64,000 nt of DNA from the human T2T-CHM13v2.0 reference genome, Homo sapiens (GCF_009914755.1 NC_060930.1), one strand, 5' to 3'; counted from the first letter of the stretch, positions 24,193 to 39,660 are shown. Notes: a model not told the origin generated them from the letters alone. Program-made: numbers and translations.

Positions 24193-25709
24193 TTTCCCGT
24201 TCCTTCACATAAACATACATGAGCAAAAGTTATTCTGCCAACTTCATACTAGTTTGGTGAATTGGAGGATATTTGGTGAAGAATGTGTGGGACCTCTCTG
24301 TACATTTCTACAGCTTCCTGCGAATATATAATTATTTCAGAATAAAAGTCAAGAACAGCTTTGTGAATGAGACCTAAGTGAATTACTAACCTTCTCTCAA
24401 CTGAGACTACAGGGAACTTTCATGTGGCCAGATAGGATGCCCAGAGTAGAAAGCTCTTTATAATGATATCATAGGCTGCCACACCATCACCATAGGTGAC
24501 AGCTTCATGGGAACCTGAGAAGGGCAGGGAGGATGGCATTTGGGCACAGTGCAGATAGCGTGGTTGGCATTTAGGTATGACCATAGGGTTACTTAATCTT
24601 GAAGTAGTACAAGTCTTCTTGTGGTGGGAAAAAGTATATTTTTGGGAATAAGAAGGAAGGATGGTTTATACAATAAAAAAATTAGGAAGTCTTCCTTGAG
24701 GGAGTCATTCATTCATTAATTGATCCATTCACTGCAATGACAAACAGTCTGCTTAGTGATAGAAATCAAAAGTTGAGTAGGAATCCTTGTCTTCCCTTGA
24801 AGGGTTTTTGGTTTGTGGGGGCTGAAAGAAAGTCAGTGAAGAAAAAAGTCTTGTGTTTACTTTAGCAATGTAAAATATACTTCTTTCATAAGAAAAGGAA
24901 GGGAACATTAGTTGAATACCTTCTATGTTCAAGAATATAAGTTCTTGTGGATATAAGTTAGAAATCTGTGTCCGTGTCTTCAGGTAATTAAAACAACTGG
25001 ACTTTACAGAGGCACATGGGGTTTTCAATGTATGGAAATAATTTAACAGATATTTTAATTTAATGGAATTTCCATTTTTTTAAAAGAGGCGTATCCACAA
25101 ATTGGAAAATATCAAGTAAATTATCTGATGGGCCTGGGTATCTGAACACTGGGTGGCAGTTTTTGACCAGAAGACTTCTCAATCCATTCCACTTTTTTTT
25201 TTTTTTTTTAGCATTTTAGGTTAAATCTTGGAGAATTTTTGTCTAATTTTCCACTAGGGATCAAGTGCATATGATGCTTACACATAGCCAGAGAAGGTAG
25301 TATTCTACATGGTTTGATTTCAGTATGGCTCCTGAAGTGTCTCAACCTATTTTGCCTGAAGCTTGTGATGATGTTCTCAGTGTTATCGAGCCTTTCATTT
25401 TACTGTTATATGTCTTCTTTCCTGAGAGGAGGAACTCTGGAGATGAATTCTTTTTTAGCTGCAAATGAATGCTACCATACGTGTTGCCAAAAGAGAAAGA
25501 AAAGTATACTAAGTGCTAAGCCATAGCGAATGGGTCAGGAGAGAAAGGGAATCAGGAAACAGATGGTAATGGGGGAAAGGAGGAAGAAAAGCATAAATAT
25601 GCTAAAACAGGAAGTACTGGAGGCAAATCTTGCCCTGTTTCTCTTACTTTGAGAATTGCCGGAGTGGTCAGGAAGTCAGAGCTGCCATCTTGTTTTCAGA
25701 TGTGCCTCT

Positions 25710-25890
25710 ATCTAGGGTTTTATCTTTAGTTTTATCAAAGGAGGCACAGCTGGGAGAGCTTTTAAAAAATACCTACCCTCCAGCCCCACCTCCAGAGAGT
25801 CTGAGTCAGTAGGTCTTCGATGGGAGGGCCCCAAGCATCAGTATTTCCTTGAAGTACCCTGGGTGACAGCCATAGTTGAGAACCTCTATC
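25710..25890. mobile_element. MER5A-like MITE
   Basis: GGAGAGCTTTTAAAAAATAC...GCCCCACC.CCAGAGA.TCTGA.TCAGTAGGTCT...GTTGAGAACC. Confidence 0.75.
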
Positions 25891-26989
25891 TAGAATAGTC
25901 CCCTAATTTTCAGATGAATAGATCATGCCCAAGAGACATTAGGTAACTGACAAAGGGCCACACAGCTAAACTCCGAAGTACATCTAGGACCTGAGTCTCC
26001 TGCTTTTATGTAAGAATTTTCTAATAATATATTTAGAAACTCCCAAGTTTAAAGTACTAAGCTAAGCTTGCTCTGGATGCTAGAGAAGTCCCAAATCTTT
26101 CCCTAATGGGCTTCTTTTTGTTGTTGTTAAACATCTCACATGGTGCCTGGCACATAGTAGCACTTAATAAATACTTGCTGAATGAAGGAGTGTGGCTTAT
26201 GTTTAATTTTCTCCCTCACGCCCACCAGAAGCACTGAAGTAGTACTGCTCTAAGGTGCTAATGTGGAATGGAATTACTCCCCACTCAGTCCCTTTCTTAG
26301 AATTTGTTACTTCTTTGTGACTCAACCTATGAGCCTAGGATTGAGTAGATCATAGCATTCGAGGGGATTTTCATTAAAGAAATGAAGTAGCAGTTGGCTT
26401 TTCGGCTTCAAATTCTTTCCCTTGTTAAAGAAACTGAAACATTATCTTGAGTAGAATTGGCTATTTAAATCCGGCAGAATGGTTTTCCAATAGAAGTGAT
26501 TGAAAAAAAAACATTTTTCGTTTTTTGGAGGAATTTGTTCCATTCTGTCTTGTGTTTCATTATAAACAGTTTTTTAATAGCAAAAATTATTCTTCATGCC
26601 ATAAATGTGTGGTGAATGCCTCCCAACCATATTTCCACATAGACCTCAGGTCTTTGCCAGTTTTTCTGTATGTAGAGCCCCCACTGATGATGGCTCAGAA
26701 CTGAAACCCAATCTAATGCTACTAAACTCCTGGATTGAGAAGGGTTTTAAAATCACCTTTGGTGGTTTACACAGAAATTAGCCCAGGTCCTCTGGCTTCT
26801 CTCCTTTCCTAGGGTTGTTGATGATGTAAGACAAAGCCCACTTCATGCTGGAGTGTATGCTCTTGAGGGCAAGGGTCTGGTCAATTTCCTCACTTTATAT
26901 CCCTCACTCAAAGCAAATGCTCTACACTGTGAAATGTCAATGCAGGAGAGGAGGTGACAATGCCCTTATGGGGTGCAAATTAATTCAGG

Positions 26990-27162
26990 GGGTGAGGATG
27001 TGAAAAAAACTTAAGGCAATGGTTTGTGATCCTTCAAAGGGCCATAGTACATAAATAAATATATAGTATATCTATGCCATTAAATTTTCATGGGGATATT
27101 GGGGGAAATATCTAAAAAGACTTTTTAGAGGGGTCTAATAATGAAAGATCAAGAGACACTGC
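26990..27162. mobile_element. MER113-like hAT-Charlie fragment
   Basis: GGCCATAGTACATAAA...ATATAGTATATCT.TG..ATTAAA.TTTCATGGGG...TCTAAAAAG.CT..TTAG.GGGG..ATAATGAAA...GAGACACTG. Confidence 0.6.
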
Positions 27163-27789
27163 TCTAAACGCATCTATCAACTGATTGAATAAATGTAATG
27201 TTAGAGGCAATGGAACTCTGTGCCTCCACTTTTTAGAGCTGGACAACTGACATGCACAAAGATTCCTATGTTAAGAGACTTAGCTCACTACCGCAACATT
27301 TTGACTTTAGTTTGAACTGTTTTCTACATTTTCAATGATCACTTTGAGATTCAACATTAAACCACTGGAATCAAGGTCCCCTTCTTGGTCTTTTGCCTAT
27401 TTGGGTGTGAAAATGGTAGCAATTTCTAACGGGAGCAACTGGACGGAAGGTGAGGAAGCTGGGTACCCGTGACAGTGGCAGTGACATAGAGCAGAGCACA
27501 GCAATTTCCCTAGGAAAGACCCACCAACTCTCTTTTAGGGAGCATCTATCCAGAGGCGCGTTAGCTTCTTACAGCTCTAACACTTACCAGATTTTGATAA
27601 GACACGAATCTCGGTTTCCTCCTTTCTAAAATGGGTACAAAAGTAGGTGATATCATGGCCACCTTACAGGGTTTGTGGATCATGCATGTGAGCAAACTAT
27701 AAGTTATTAATTTTAGCATAATCATTATTATTATCTTGCTGATTGAAATGTTATTATGAATAGATTTCCTGTGAAGAAGCAAGAGGATT

Positions 27790-27979
27790 TGAAGGAAAAA
27801 GACCTTTTCATGCCCATGGCAGTCGGGGCCCTAGAAGACTCCACACGACACTCCACATGGCCCCACTTAGATGCAAGGGGGCTTGGAAATGAGACACCTG
27901 GTTGAGCAGTCATTTCTCAGAGGGAAATTTGTATAATGGAAAGGAAGTACTAGGTGGACAGCTAACAGTCTCTGCCACA
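27790..27979 (-). mobile_element. Old MLT1 (I/J-like) LTR fragment
   Basis: CACATGGCC.CAC.TAG.TGCAAGGG...TGGAAATG...GGACAGCTA.CAGTCTCTGCCACA terminus. Confidence 0.55.
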
Positions 27980-28468
27980 AAAGAAAATAATTTTAACCTG
28001 TATCTAATTTTCCTAGAGCAAGGATACCTAAGAAGTTAAATCATCCTAGAAGGGTTCCCTTGAAGGTGTTCCCAGTTTGCAGTCTTGTTCCTCTGTCTTT
28101 GTCCTCAAGTCACTGCCTCTTTTCAAGAGTACTTTCTTCTTTTTACTTCTGTTGTGTAAATTTCTACATTGTTGGGAAATGCCACTCTACCTATAGAAAC
28201 TTCTCTTACCATAGGATCCATCCTTTTCCCGACAGGAGTTTTCCCCTAAATTGGATTTATTCAATGTGGAATCATCTGCCCCCTTGAGAGGTTACTGGAG
28301 GGAAGTAGGATAGCAGCCATGGTAGTCTTTGACATTCCAAGACTTTTAGACTAATCCACGAGGGGTATGGACGCAATAAATGTGGTCCCCACTGAGACTT
28401 TTACATCAGGGTGAGGAGGAGTTACACTTTCTTATTTTTCTAGTTTTCTGGGGGTATTTTTAGAACAA

Positions 28469-28470
<2 letters not shown>

Positions 28471-28514
<44 letters not shown>
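28471..28514. repeat. (CA)22 microsatellite
   Basis: Directly visible. Confidence 0.97.
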
Positions 28515-28516
<2 letters not shown>

Positions 28517-28543
28517 ATCTTTGGAGGACAAAGTTTAATTCTT

Positions 28544-28955
<412 letters not shown>

Positions 28956-29179
28956 TTAAATGTTACTGCAAAATAATATTGTTTGTTTTCATTCATCATT
29001 TTTATGTACTCCATATCTTCAGGTAATAAGAAACTTGAAGCGTTGGATTATCATTTGCAATAGCCCAAATAAATTCCTAGATGAATGCCATCCTCTTGTC
29101 CAATCCCCATAGGGCATCTGAATAGTTTCTTTCTTCCACTTATGACATTTCTGTGTCCTCCCAATGTACTTCCCCCTGT

Positions 29180-29460
29180 CATGCTTATTCATGCCCCAGT
29201 GCCATTGCCTATCCTGTTCGCCTGGCCAGGAATGCTCTTTGAATAATTCTTTTATCCTGCAAGACCCAACCCCAGTCCCACTCCTCCATAAAACCTTTCC
29301 CTACTTCTCCAGCCCACACTGATTTCTGTCTCTGACCTTTCATTACATTTCCCAGCTTTGAGTGAATAATTGTTCTGTGTATTTTCTCTCTGTTGTCAAG
29401 GTGGTATTTGCAGATACACATACTAAGCGCTATATAAAAACCTATTGACTGAATGAATGT
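29180..29460 (+). mobile_element. L2 3' end
   Basis: CCTGGCCAGGAATGCTCTT...TTATCCTGCAAGACCCAAC...CTCCTCCATAAAACCTTTCCCT...TGACTGAATGAATG tail. Confidence 0.65.
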
Positions 29461-29549
29461 TGATGTGAGACTAGAAGCAAGAGAATATTCTTGGATAACA
29501 GATGGGAGATGGTGTTTCCTAAAACTCTTCAAGGACAAGGAAATTATCA

Positions 29550-29760
29550 TATATAGGTCCTTATTCTCACTACTTGTAGAACTTTGAGAACTTATCTAAC
29601 TTCTTTAAGTCTTCATTTATTTGTGTATAAAACAGAGGGAATGACAACCACTTTATCCAATTTTTGGAAGACTCAGAAATAATCTAGGAAAAGTATCTAG
29701 TTGAGTGCCTGGCATACAGTAGGTGCTCAATAAACATTCATTGTCATTACTATTATTGTT
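29550..29760 (+). mobile_element. MIR
   Basis: ...TGTATAAAACAGAGG.AATGA...AGTGCCTGGCATACAGTAGGTGCTCAATAAACATT. Confidence 0.65.
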
Positions 29761-30482
29761 GTTGCTGACATCATTGTTATTTTCCACAGTGCCTAGTATA
29801 GTGCTGAATATGTGATATCGACTGACTCTTTAATCCTGGATGATGAGGTTGTACAGGGCCCTGCAGTGTCCTTCATTGCTCTGAATATTTCTGCATGATC
29901 AGTTCACAGTCCAGGAAATCTGTTGAGGGAAACAAGTTGGAGGAGAATCACAAAGATCCAGTAGAAGTGCCATATCCAAGCCCCACAGCCTGAGCCAGGT
30001 AGAAATGAAAACTTTCTCACTGAATTCCCTAGACTGGCATGACCCCAGACCTTAGCTCAGACTACGTGAGGACTGTGATAAACTGGACTCTGAATAGTGG
30101 CTTTCATGAAGCAGCTCAGATAAAAATCTTACTATTCAATTTTTAAACTTACAACTTAGAAATTCTAGATTGGTTGACATTGGCTCAATACTTTAAACCA
30201 GCTGATGGAAAGAAAGATCTGTTATTGATTTACTGGCCTTCTTCTCCCCCACCCCTTTCCTCTGAGCACTGACTAAAACCTCTCCATAACAAGTACTGGG
30301 GGCCTCACAGTCTTCACAGCACTGACGGTGGGAGGAGGAGTGCAGGAAGGGAGGCATTTGCATCTCATTGCTGGCTTCAAGGTTGTGTCCCTTCTTCAAA
30401 CATTTGCTGTTTGGGGATCCACCATTCTTCTCCATCCTGGGACAAGACCTAATCCAGCAGTAGGACCCCAAAACACGAATCA

Positions 30483-30808
<326 letters not shown>

Positions 30809-31759
30809 TCAGCTAACCTGGATTCTGTTTGGGCTGGGCTCTCCCAACAGCTCCTCTTCTACCTCCGCAAGTTACGCATACCTTAGTGGAACCCTTCACC
30901 AGACAACCTTGGCAATGCCACCCACAGAAGGAAGGGTCTAGGGACTGGACTATTCCTATCAAGTAGTTAAGGTTATGGGGAGAAGGAGAGGCTGGTATAG
31001 TCTTTAATCCAAGGAGCCTCACACTTTGTCTGCTCTAAGGGGCTAAGACTAATAGAAGGCACAACAGAAAAATGACAATCATTAAATGAATAATAATTGA
31101 GTGCCACACACCACGCTTCGTACTTGGCCTGTGTTATTTATTTTTCATAACAGTCCTGGATATTGGAACTCACTATCCTGAACAAATTAGGCTGAGAGAG
31201 CCAGAGCAGCTTGCCCAATATCATGTGGCTGGTAAGTGGCACAGATGAGCAGAGCTTTCTCCTATGCTTCATGAGCTCTCGTAGGAATGTACTTCTTGGG
31301 CTTCCTCGCCTCACTCGGGATTTACAGATCACAGGACAAATTGTGTTCAGAAGGACCTGGTAGAAGAACACTGCCCTGTGACGTAGAGGCCTGGGCTCTA
31401 ATCCTGCTTCTGCTGGTATGAACTCTTTCACTTTGTACAAGTCAAACAAATATTGTGGGTCTCATCCGTAAATTGAGGGAGTGGAATGTAAACATCTCTG
31501 GAAGGTTTGTTCCAGCTCTGTGATTCTACGAACTAATATCTAAATACATTTACAGGAATAACAAAAACTTCTCCCCCATCCTAAACTCAGTTATCCAGCA
31601 GCCCTATTCATACGGAATATTGGGAAGAACTAGATTATAAGCAAAACTGCTGTCACAAAATCCACAAACATGAAGTCATGCCCTTTTGTAGAATTAGGCC
31701 CTTTCTCTAAGCCTGTTTATTCATACTTTTCAAATTACTCTAAGAAGTTTCTTCCACTC

Positions 31760-32057
<298 letters not shown>

Positions 32058-32455
32058 TTACACTCAAAATGTATATGACAAATTAGAAAAGGCATGAGGA
32101 GAAGCTGACATAAACAGGAACAAACAGAAAAATGAAGGAGGAGGAATCATTTTAAAAATACCTAAGGAAGAAAACAGGTGCAGGGCCAGTAAGTATAAGG
32201 AAAAAACCTCCAATCATTTCAATAGACCCTTAGGGAATCTTTGCATCATTAAAAACAAGACAAGCATATGATGATGTTCACATGGATACATTTGAATCAC
32301 CAAGGAAAGATTAATCAATGTGGGTAAACTCTGTTTAGGAAGGAAGGAAGTTGTATATTCCGTTTTAGAATGTTTTCCATTTATTATAGTTAATATTTTT
32401 CCTTTTCAAGTTTTGATACCTTACTGGGTAGACTCTGAACTCTAGAAAACCCTGA

Positions 32456-32961
32456 AGTTTTGGTTAACTATTGCTGCATAACAAAGCACTCCAAAATATT
32501 GTGGCTTATAACAACAAATATTTTACTGTCTCATGATGCTATGGGTTAAATGGGCTCAGCTGGGAGATTCTTCTGCCCCACAGAATGTTGGATGAGGCTA
32601 AAGTCATCTGGGGGCTTAATTGAACTGGAACATCTTGAAAGCGTTTCCTCACATGGCTGGTGGTTGATGGTGACTGTTGTCTGGGAGCCCTCCTGGGGCT
32701 GCACCCAGAGTACCTGCACATGGCCTCTCCATGGATAGCAGCTGGGTTCTGAGAAGAGCAGTCCCAAGAGTGAGAATTCCAAGCGGAAAAGAGAGGAAAT
32801 TGCCAGTCCCCTAAAAGGCTGGGCCTGGATTTGGCACAGCAATACTCTGGCCATATTTGATAAGCAGCTGCAGGACAAACCAGGTGAAGGGAGGGGAAAT
32901 AAATTTGAGCTCTCAGTGGGGAAAGTGACAACGAACTTGTGGCTGTATTTAATCTACCACA
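32456..32961 (-). mobile_element. MLT1G/H-type MaLR solo LTR
   Basis: CTATTGCTGCATAACAAA.CAC.CCAAAA...GTGGCTTA.AACAACAA...TGGGCTCAGCTGGG...CCTCACATGGCTGG...TTTAATCTACCACA. TSD CCTGA/CCTGG. Confidence 0.85.
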
Positions 32962-33094
32962 CCTGGTCTCCAGAACAACTTTTTTCCTGAGGAGCTTGGA
33001 GGACTGAGTTTTTACTGTGCTTCATTTTCATGTTGTACTTTTGTGTTTTTCAAAACACTTTGGGAAATATGTTATTTGATTCTCTTTTTTTAAA

Positions 33095-33630
33095 CACAGA
33101 AGCTGGAGAGATTCTTTTAAAACCCCAGGCAGGTTATGTCACTCCTCTGCTCAACACTCTCCAGTGGCTCCTGTCTCAGAGAAGCCCAAAGCCTTGCAAG
33201 GCCTACCCTATTCAATTCCACGTCCTTCTGAATCCAGTCTGCATCCCTCCCAGTTGCTCTGCTTCAGCCACTCTGGCCTCAGGGCCTTTGCACTGGCTAC
33301 TCCACTACCTGGATTACTCTTTCCCCGGTGATCTCTCAGCTCACCTTCTTACCTCCTTTGAGCCTATATCTCAATGGCACCCTCTTAGAGACACCCCTTT
33401 TTTTTCCTCAGCACTCCTCCTAACCCTTCTAGGCTTTGCTTTTTGCCAAAGCCCTTAGAAATCCCATATGTTTTGTTTATTCATTTATTTATCTGCTTCT
33501 CCCGGTGGAACTCCAGGGAGAGGGAGACTTTCGCTGTTTTGTTTACTACTGCACCCCCGGGGACTAAAACAGTGCCTGGTCCTTAGTGATGATTCATATG
33601 TGTTTGAATGAGATATTGAATAAAAGAATG
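33095..33630 (+). mobile_element. L2 3' end
   Basis: ATGTCACTCCTCTGCTCAA.AC.CTCCAGTGGCTCC...CCTCAGGGCCTTTGCAC...AACAGTGCCTGG...TTGAATGA. Confidence 0.82.
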
Positions 33631-33679
33631 AGTTCTCATTATATATTAGTATTTATGAGTCATGGTAAGTGCTGTGTTC

Positions 33680-33810
33680 TTGGCTTTACGGATGAAGAAA
33701 CAGAGTCCCAGAAGATTTTGTGACTTGTCTGAGGTCACGCAGCTTGTGGTAGAGCCAGCTTTAGAACCCAGGGGCTATGACCTGCAGCCTCAGGTCTTTT
33801 GGGCAACCAC
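33680..33810 (-). mobile_element. MIR
   Basis: TTTACGGATGAAGAAACAGAG.CCCAGA...GTGACTTGTCTGAGGTCACGCAGCT. Confidence 0.75.
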
Positions 33811-34824
33811 TTCCTGCATTTCCATGCAGCTATTTCCAGGCAGGCACATACCCGGCTCTGACACGGACTCTGGACAGGCTCAATATGCAGATACACAGTC
33901 TTTCCCCGAAGTGAGAAGAGGGTACCACACTGCTGCTGTCATTTCCTGGACAGAGAAATGTGCATCTTGCCCGCTGGGTTCAGAGCAATAGTAATTACGA
34001 GAGTCTGGAGGGAAGTGAGAAAAGGTATCAGGGGCATTTAACAACCTTCACTGACCTGCAAATTATTATTTACAGTAACACAGAGCATTTCCTCTTCAGA
34101 GGCAAAGATGTAGAACATATCATATATGTGTCTTTCTTTTTTTCTTTCTTACTTTTTTTTTTTTTTTTTTTTTTTAAAGAAGACTGACTTCTCACAGTGC
34201 TCTCCGGAAGCAGACAGAGAAGAGAAAGGGTTATTGGGCAGGTCAGAACGGACTTACCCTTAGGAGATGAAAGGAATGAATCTTCACTGTACTTTCTTAA
34301 ATTCCTCCAGGAACTCTATGAAGATGATATTGGAAAACCTGAGAATCTCACTGTAAACTTTTGAGAGGCTGGGTCGGGTTTTATTTAACATGCATCTCCT
34401 GTTGATTCGGCACACTGCTTTGCAACAGCAGGTCTGGAGAAGTGTGTTCAGATTGACTGCCTGGGCTGGGAGGGGCTTTGGTTCTCATCTCTTCCAATCT
34501 CGTCCCCAGGATGTAGACCATCTGCTCATTCCTAGACTGCAGCTGCCAAACCAAAAACACGTCCACTGACTGGTAGCTCATTACCTATCACAGCAGCCCT
34601 TCTTTTTATACTGCTTATGTTGAACTACTGTCTTCTTCCTACAAGCTCCACCCTTCAGGTCTAGTTCTTTCTTCTGGATTGACAGAGGATAAATCTACTA
34701 TGTTAGTAACAGATAAGCTTTCTTACATGAAATAGAGCAAGTTCTCCTTATCTCACTGGCTCTAAAAAGCAGAACTTGGCACCTAGCAGTCTGTGAAAGC
34801 AGGAGTTCCCTGAGAGTCCTCCCA

Positions 34825-34826
<2 letters not shown>

Positions 34827-34858
<32 letters not shown>
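34827..34858. repeat. (GT)16 microsatellite
   Basis: Directly visible. Confidence 0.96.
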
Positions 34859-34860
<2 letters not shown>

Positions 34861-34879
34861 CTGCGTGGGGAGTGTGTTT

Positions 34880-35100
34880 CTAATGTGGTGGTGCAGAGTT
34901 TGACATTGGAGTCAAGCTTCTTGGGCTCATTTCCAGGCTCTATCACACAGCCCTGTGACTTGGATATGACACTTAGCCTCTCTGTGTCTCAGTTTCTTAA
35001 GCTGTAAAATGGGAAGAATAATAGTGACAACCTGATGGGATTGTTGTGATGATTAAATGTACAAATGCCGTGAAGCATTAGTAGAGTGCCAACCTAGCAT
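34880..35100 (+). mobile_element. MIR
   Basis: TGTGACTTGGA...CACTTAGCCTCTCTGTGTCTCAGTTTC...CTGTAAAATGGG..TAATAGT. Confidence 0.85.
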
Positions 35101-35760
35101 ATACTGTGTGCCAATGATGCAGTGTCTTTGGGAGGATGTTCTGCTTCTCATGGGTTATAACAAGCAGAAGAAAGCCGTGGATCTGGGGGAATTGTCCCTT
35201 GTCCCTGGTGCCTTCTCCTTCAGTGCTTCTCTGTTTTCCTCCCTCTTTCTCCTCCCCTATCTGTTCCCAGGCCGTTCTCCAGTGGTCTAGTCCCAGTATA
35301 CTGTTCTCTAAGCTGTACAGCTGCTTTTTCTATGCCTGGGGACACTTAGACTTTTTCACAGGGAACCAGGGAGATCCACAATTCTTCCAGGTGCAAAGGA
35401 GTGACTCTAAGGGTGACCTCTCAGTGTGGTGAGTGGGAAACAGGTATTCAGGGAACTGAAAGTAAAACCCTTCCCAGTACCCCTCACCCCACAACCACAA
35501 ACACTCACCTACTTGGACCATTGATTGTGTGTGTCCATGAAGTCACATCTTCCTGCCACATGTTTTAAACTTGACATTTTCTACCTCGCTAAGTTGTGAC
35601 AAATCCTTTGATATGGCCGAGAATGAATTGCTTTAAATTTAGTCGGAATTCGTGATACATCACATGAAATGAGAAGAAAGACAACCTGATCAACAAATGA
35701 TATTAATGTTCCAAATTTTGGATGGGTTTAAAACTAAACATAAAGAGAGGAAACTGACAG

Positions 35761-36067
35761 TTTTTGTTTGTTTGTTTTTTGTTTTGTTTTTTTGAGACAG
35801 GGTCTCGCTCTGTTTCCCAGTCTGGAGTGCAGTAGCAAGATCTCTGTTTACTGCAGCCTTGATCACCCAGACTCAAACCATCCACCCACTTCAGCCTCCC
35901 AAGTAGCTGGGACTACAGGCCTGTGCCACTATGCCCAGCTAATTTTTCTACTTTTAGTAGAGATGGGATTTCTCCAGGTTGTCTAGGCTGGTCTCGAATT
36001 CCTGGGCTCAAGCCACCTTGGCTTCTCAACATGCTGGAATTATAGGCATGAGCCACTACGCCTGGCT
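35761..36067 (-). mobile_element. AluJ
   Basis: GAGACAGGGTCTCGC, ACTGCAGCCTTGA, CCTGGGCTCAAG diagnostics. TSD GAAACTGACA(G/T)TTTT. Confidence 0.93.
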
Positions 36068-36333
36068 GAAACTGACATTTTTGAGGGCCTGTTTTGTACC
36101 AGGCCCTGTGCTATGTGATTAGCGTAACCCAGGGAGGGGTAGTAGTTGTATTCTCCCTATTTTCAAAGATGAACAGTGAGCTGCTCAAGGTTCACAGCAG
36201 TCACTTGAGCATTCCAACCCTAGTCAGTCTGCATCCAAAAGCAGAAGGTTTTGGGTTGTGCAGGCGGAATTTGAAGCCAATGATCAGGAGACTTGGTTTC
36301 TAATCACACAACAGGGCTGGGCTACTATTTCTT

Positions 36334-36658
<325 letters not shown>

Positions 36659-39304
36659 TGAGAATGGGAATGATAATATCCACCTCACATTCCTCCTGGG
36701 GTAGGTGAAGTTGCTTTTTAATCATTTACCTTAATTTATTTATAACAGTAATGCATACACATGAACAAAATGTGGCAAGGGCTGTTGGAGAGTATGTCTC
36801 TCTGCCCCAGCTCTGAGCTCATGCCCTGGATGTACACTCCTTGACCATGTCTTTTTACTTCTGGTAATTCCCACCACAACCTTAGATAATTCCTTTATAA
36901 TCTATTTCTTGAAATTGTCCTATTTAAACTGTATCCACTCCCCCTACTATGACAGGGATTTTTAGCAACTTTACACTGTCTCATGTCTTCCATGGATTTT
37001 TGTACACACTGCTATTATCCTCATTCATTCTTGTGGCTACTTTTATAGGTATTAAACAACCTACTTAAATCTTCACTTTGGGATTTGTTAACTGTTAGGA
37101 GGAATCTATTGGCTTGTGATGGGAATGGAGGTGCTGCTAGGGCTGAGAACATCTGTTTGGTTCCTCCATACCTCACTGGGCCTGGAACCGTCCTGACACA
37201 GGCAGGCGCTGGAATATCCGACAACAGCACACCCGCACTCCCCGGCCCTCACCACCTTCCCACCTCCCTTTTCTGAGCTGTAACATTTCCTTCTGCCTTT
37301 ACTTCTGGTGTATACAATTTATATTCTAGGTCCCCCAAGTTTTGTCTGTAGGCTAATTTGGAAAACAGAAAAGCAATACATGAATGTGAAGTATTCTGTT
37401 TATGAAAATTTTATATGCTGCCAAACCAAGTAGTATGACCAAATCCATATCATTGAACAGGGAACAGTGAGGGGAAGAATGTTCCCAAAGCCAAGACAAA
37501 ATGGATACTCTTTTTTTTTCACACAGACCAATGCCATGGCCGCCGGTTGCTCTCTGAGGAGGAGGGCGGGCAGTTATGAAACTTGGAAAGGCCTTTCATT
37601 AATCTCCCCACAGTCCATCCCTGCTTGTGGCCCCAAGGCTCTGATCTGGGAGCCTCTGCAGGGCTTTGCTGGGAAGGGCGGCTCTACCTCCAGGCCAGTT
37701 CTCCCCCTGCCTGTGGTTCTGGGATGTAGATTTTTCCACTCAGCTTTATCTATCGATATGATCCCATCTTCTTTTGGTCCAGGTATTTGTGAAATTTTCT
37801 GGATTGCGGCTGGATCCTTTCATGTTGGTTATGAATTTATTCTTTTGCATTTATTTATTGTTATTTCATTGGAATTGGGGAGGAAGGAGAGGTAAAAGTA
37901 GGCCTAAACTACCATGTTGAACTTCAGGATTTATTTCAAAAATTTGAAAATTCGTAACTATTCCTTCAGTGAGTGAATATATGACCTCATGGTTTAGGTA
38001 AGGGTTGATCATTGTGGTGAGTTTTTGACAGGGCCAGAGAACCTGCCCTTGCATCCTTTCCTCTCCCCACCCCAAACAAACAACGCCATTTCATGTCCTC
38101 ATAAATAAATGAATATTCCCATCTGGACTGACTAATTTGAAAAGTCCGTGTGTCAATGAGATGAGAACAGAGAACAAAGTACAGGAACGAAGTGCAGGGA
38201 CAAGGGAAGAATGAAAGAGGCATTTCATAAATTTTAAAAATATCCTTTATTGTTATATCTACGGACTTGTTTTGCAGCCAAAAGAATCAAGACACCTTCA
38301 AGATAATGTGATATAGCTGAAAGTGTTGGGTTGGCAATAAACAGAAAGACATTTGAGAACTAGTTTTGTTTCTTCTATCTTCTGCAAATTGGGTACAATG
38401 ATAATACGTGCCTTGGAGGTGGTAATGTCGACTGAGCAAGGGAGTATGTGGAGAGCACCCAGCACATTGTAGGTTCTCAGCAATGTTAATTCCCTTTCCT
38501 TAGAGAAGAGGAGATGGACCAGCACAGAAGAAGCAAGATGAAAGCTCTTTATACCTGCTCTACTTAGTTTACCACAATCAGTTTCATATCTTTATTATTT
38601 CTGTCTGTCTTTGTTTTTTTCTTTTTTTTAATCTCCCTGCCTCTTCTCTCCTCTTCTCTACCCCAATCCACAAAGCTAGTAAAATCTTTAAGCATACATT
38701 TAAAGAAAATTGCATGGTATCAGCTGCAGGAATGTGTTACCATTTTATGGTGGCCATCCTCAACTCCACCCCAAGGACCCCAGATGGAGAATCCCAGCTG
38801 GGCCTGAGAGCCTTGCGGTGGTGTTTCCCGGATGCTCTTTCTGCCCTCTCAGCCACTTTCCTTTAAATTAAATAGCTCTACAGTGATGGGACAACTGAGG
38901 CCCCTGGTCTGAGATAAACCCCACCTTTTCTGTGGCAGGGGCCCCGGCAGCGTCCTACCAAGCTCCCTATCACTGTGTCAGATCCTGAGCGAAGCACATT
39001 ATCAAACAACCTGGGACTGACAGAGGAAGATTTGAAAAGTGCTTTATTCTTTCCACAGCACCACCTTCAGACACTTAGTCAAATTGTTCTTTCCTGCCTT
39101 GAGGTCAACCACCGTTCAGAGACTCACATGACCTCTGGGAAGCCAGGCATGTCCTTGCCCAACTAGACTCCCAGAGGCCTGTCCTGTGCCCACCAGATTC
39201 TTGTCTCTAGATATTTTTCCAGGGGTGAGAGAGATGCAATGTGAGGTCCCCTGACTTCCTGAGGTTAAGCCCTCTTGCCCCCACTGAGGGATTTGAGGTA
39301 CATC

Positions 39305-39660
39305 TGTCCAGGTTTGAATCCTAGTTTGAGCAGTGGACAAACCTCTGTACTTTAGTTCCCCCAGCTACAAAGTATTAATAGAATTTCACATGAGAACTTA
39401 CTTCATAGGGTTGGAATGAGAGTGAAACAAGTGAATACATGAAAGGCCTTTAGAGCAGTGGATTCTTAACTTTGGTGCTCACAGAATCACCTGGAGGGCT
39501 GGTGAAAACACAGATTGCAGGGCCCTGCCCCAGAGAACGCCCTTTAGTTGGTGTTTCTAACAGGTCTGCAGGTGATGTTGATGCTGCCCAACTGAAAACC
39601 CCTGTCTTAGAGCAATGCCTGGCACAAGATCAGTGCTATATGATTGACTTGTTATTATTT
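39305..39660 (+). mobile_element. MIR split by MER5A
   Basis: GGTTTGAATCCTAG...CATAGGGTTG...ATGAAAGGCCTTTAGAG | MER5A | TTAGAGCAATGCCTGGCACA. Confidence 0.7.
39456..39604. mobile_element. MER5A MITE
   Basis: CAGTGG.TTCTTAACTTT...CAGAATCACCTGGAGGGCT.GT.AAAACACAGATTGC.GGGCCC...CAGGTGATG.TGATGCTG. TSD CTTTAGAG/TCTTAGAG. Confidence 0.85.

Noticed and set aside
36710-37900. Possible old L1M fragments and the 142-aa ORF at 37467-37895
   Set aside because: The texture suggests decayed L1M, but I could not fix family or boundaries. The ORF has no recognisable homology or exon structure.
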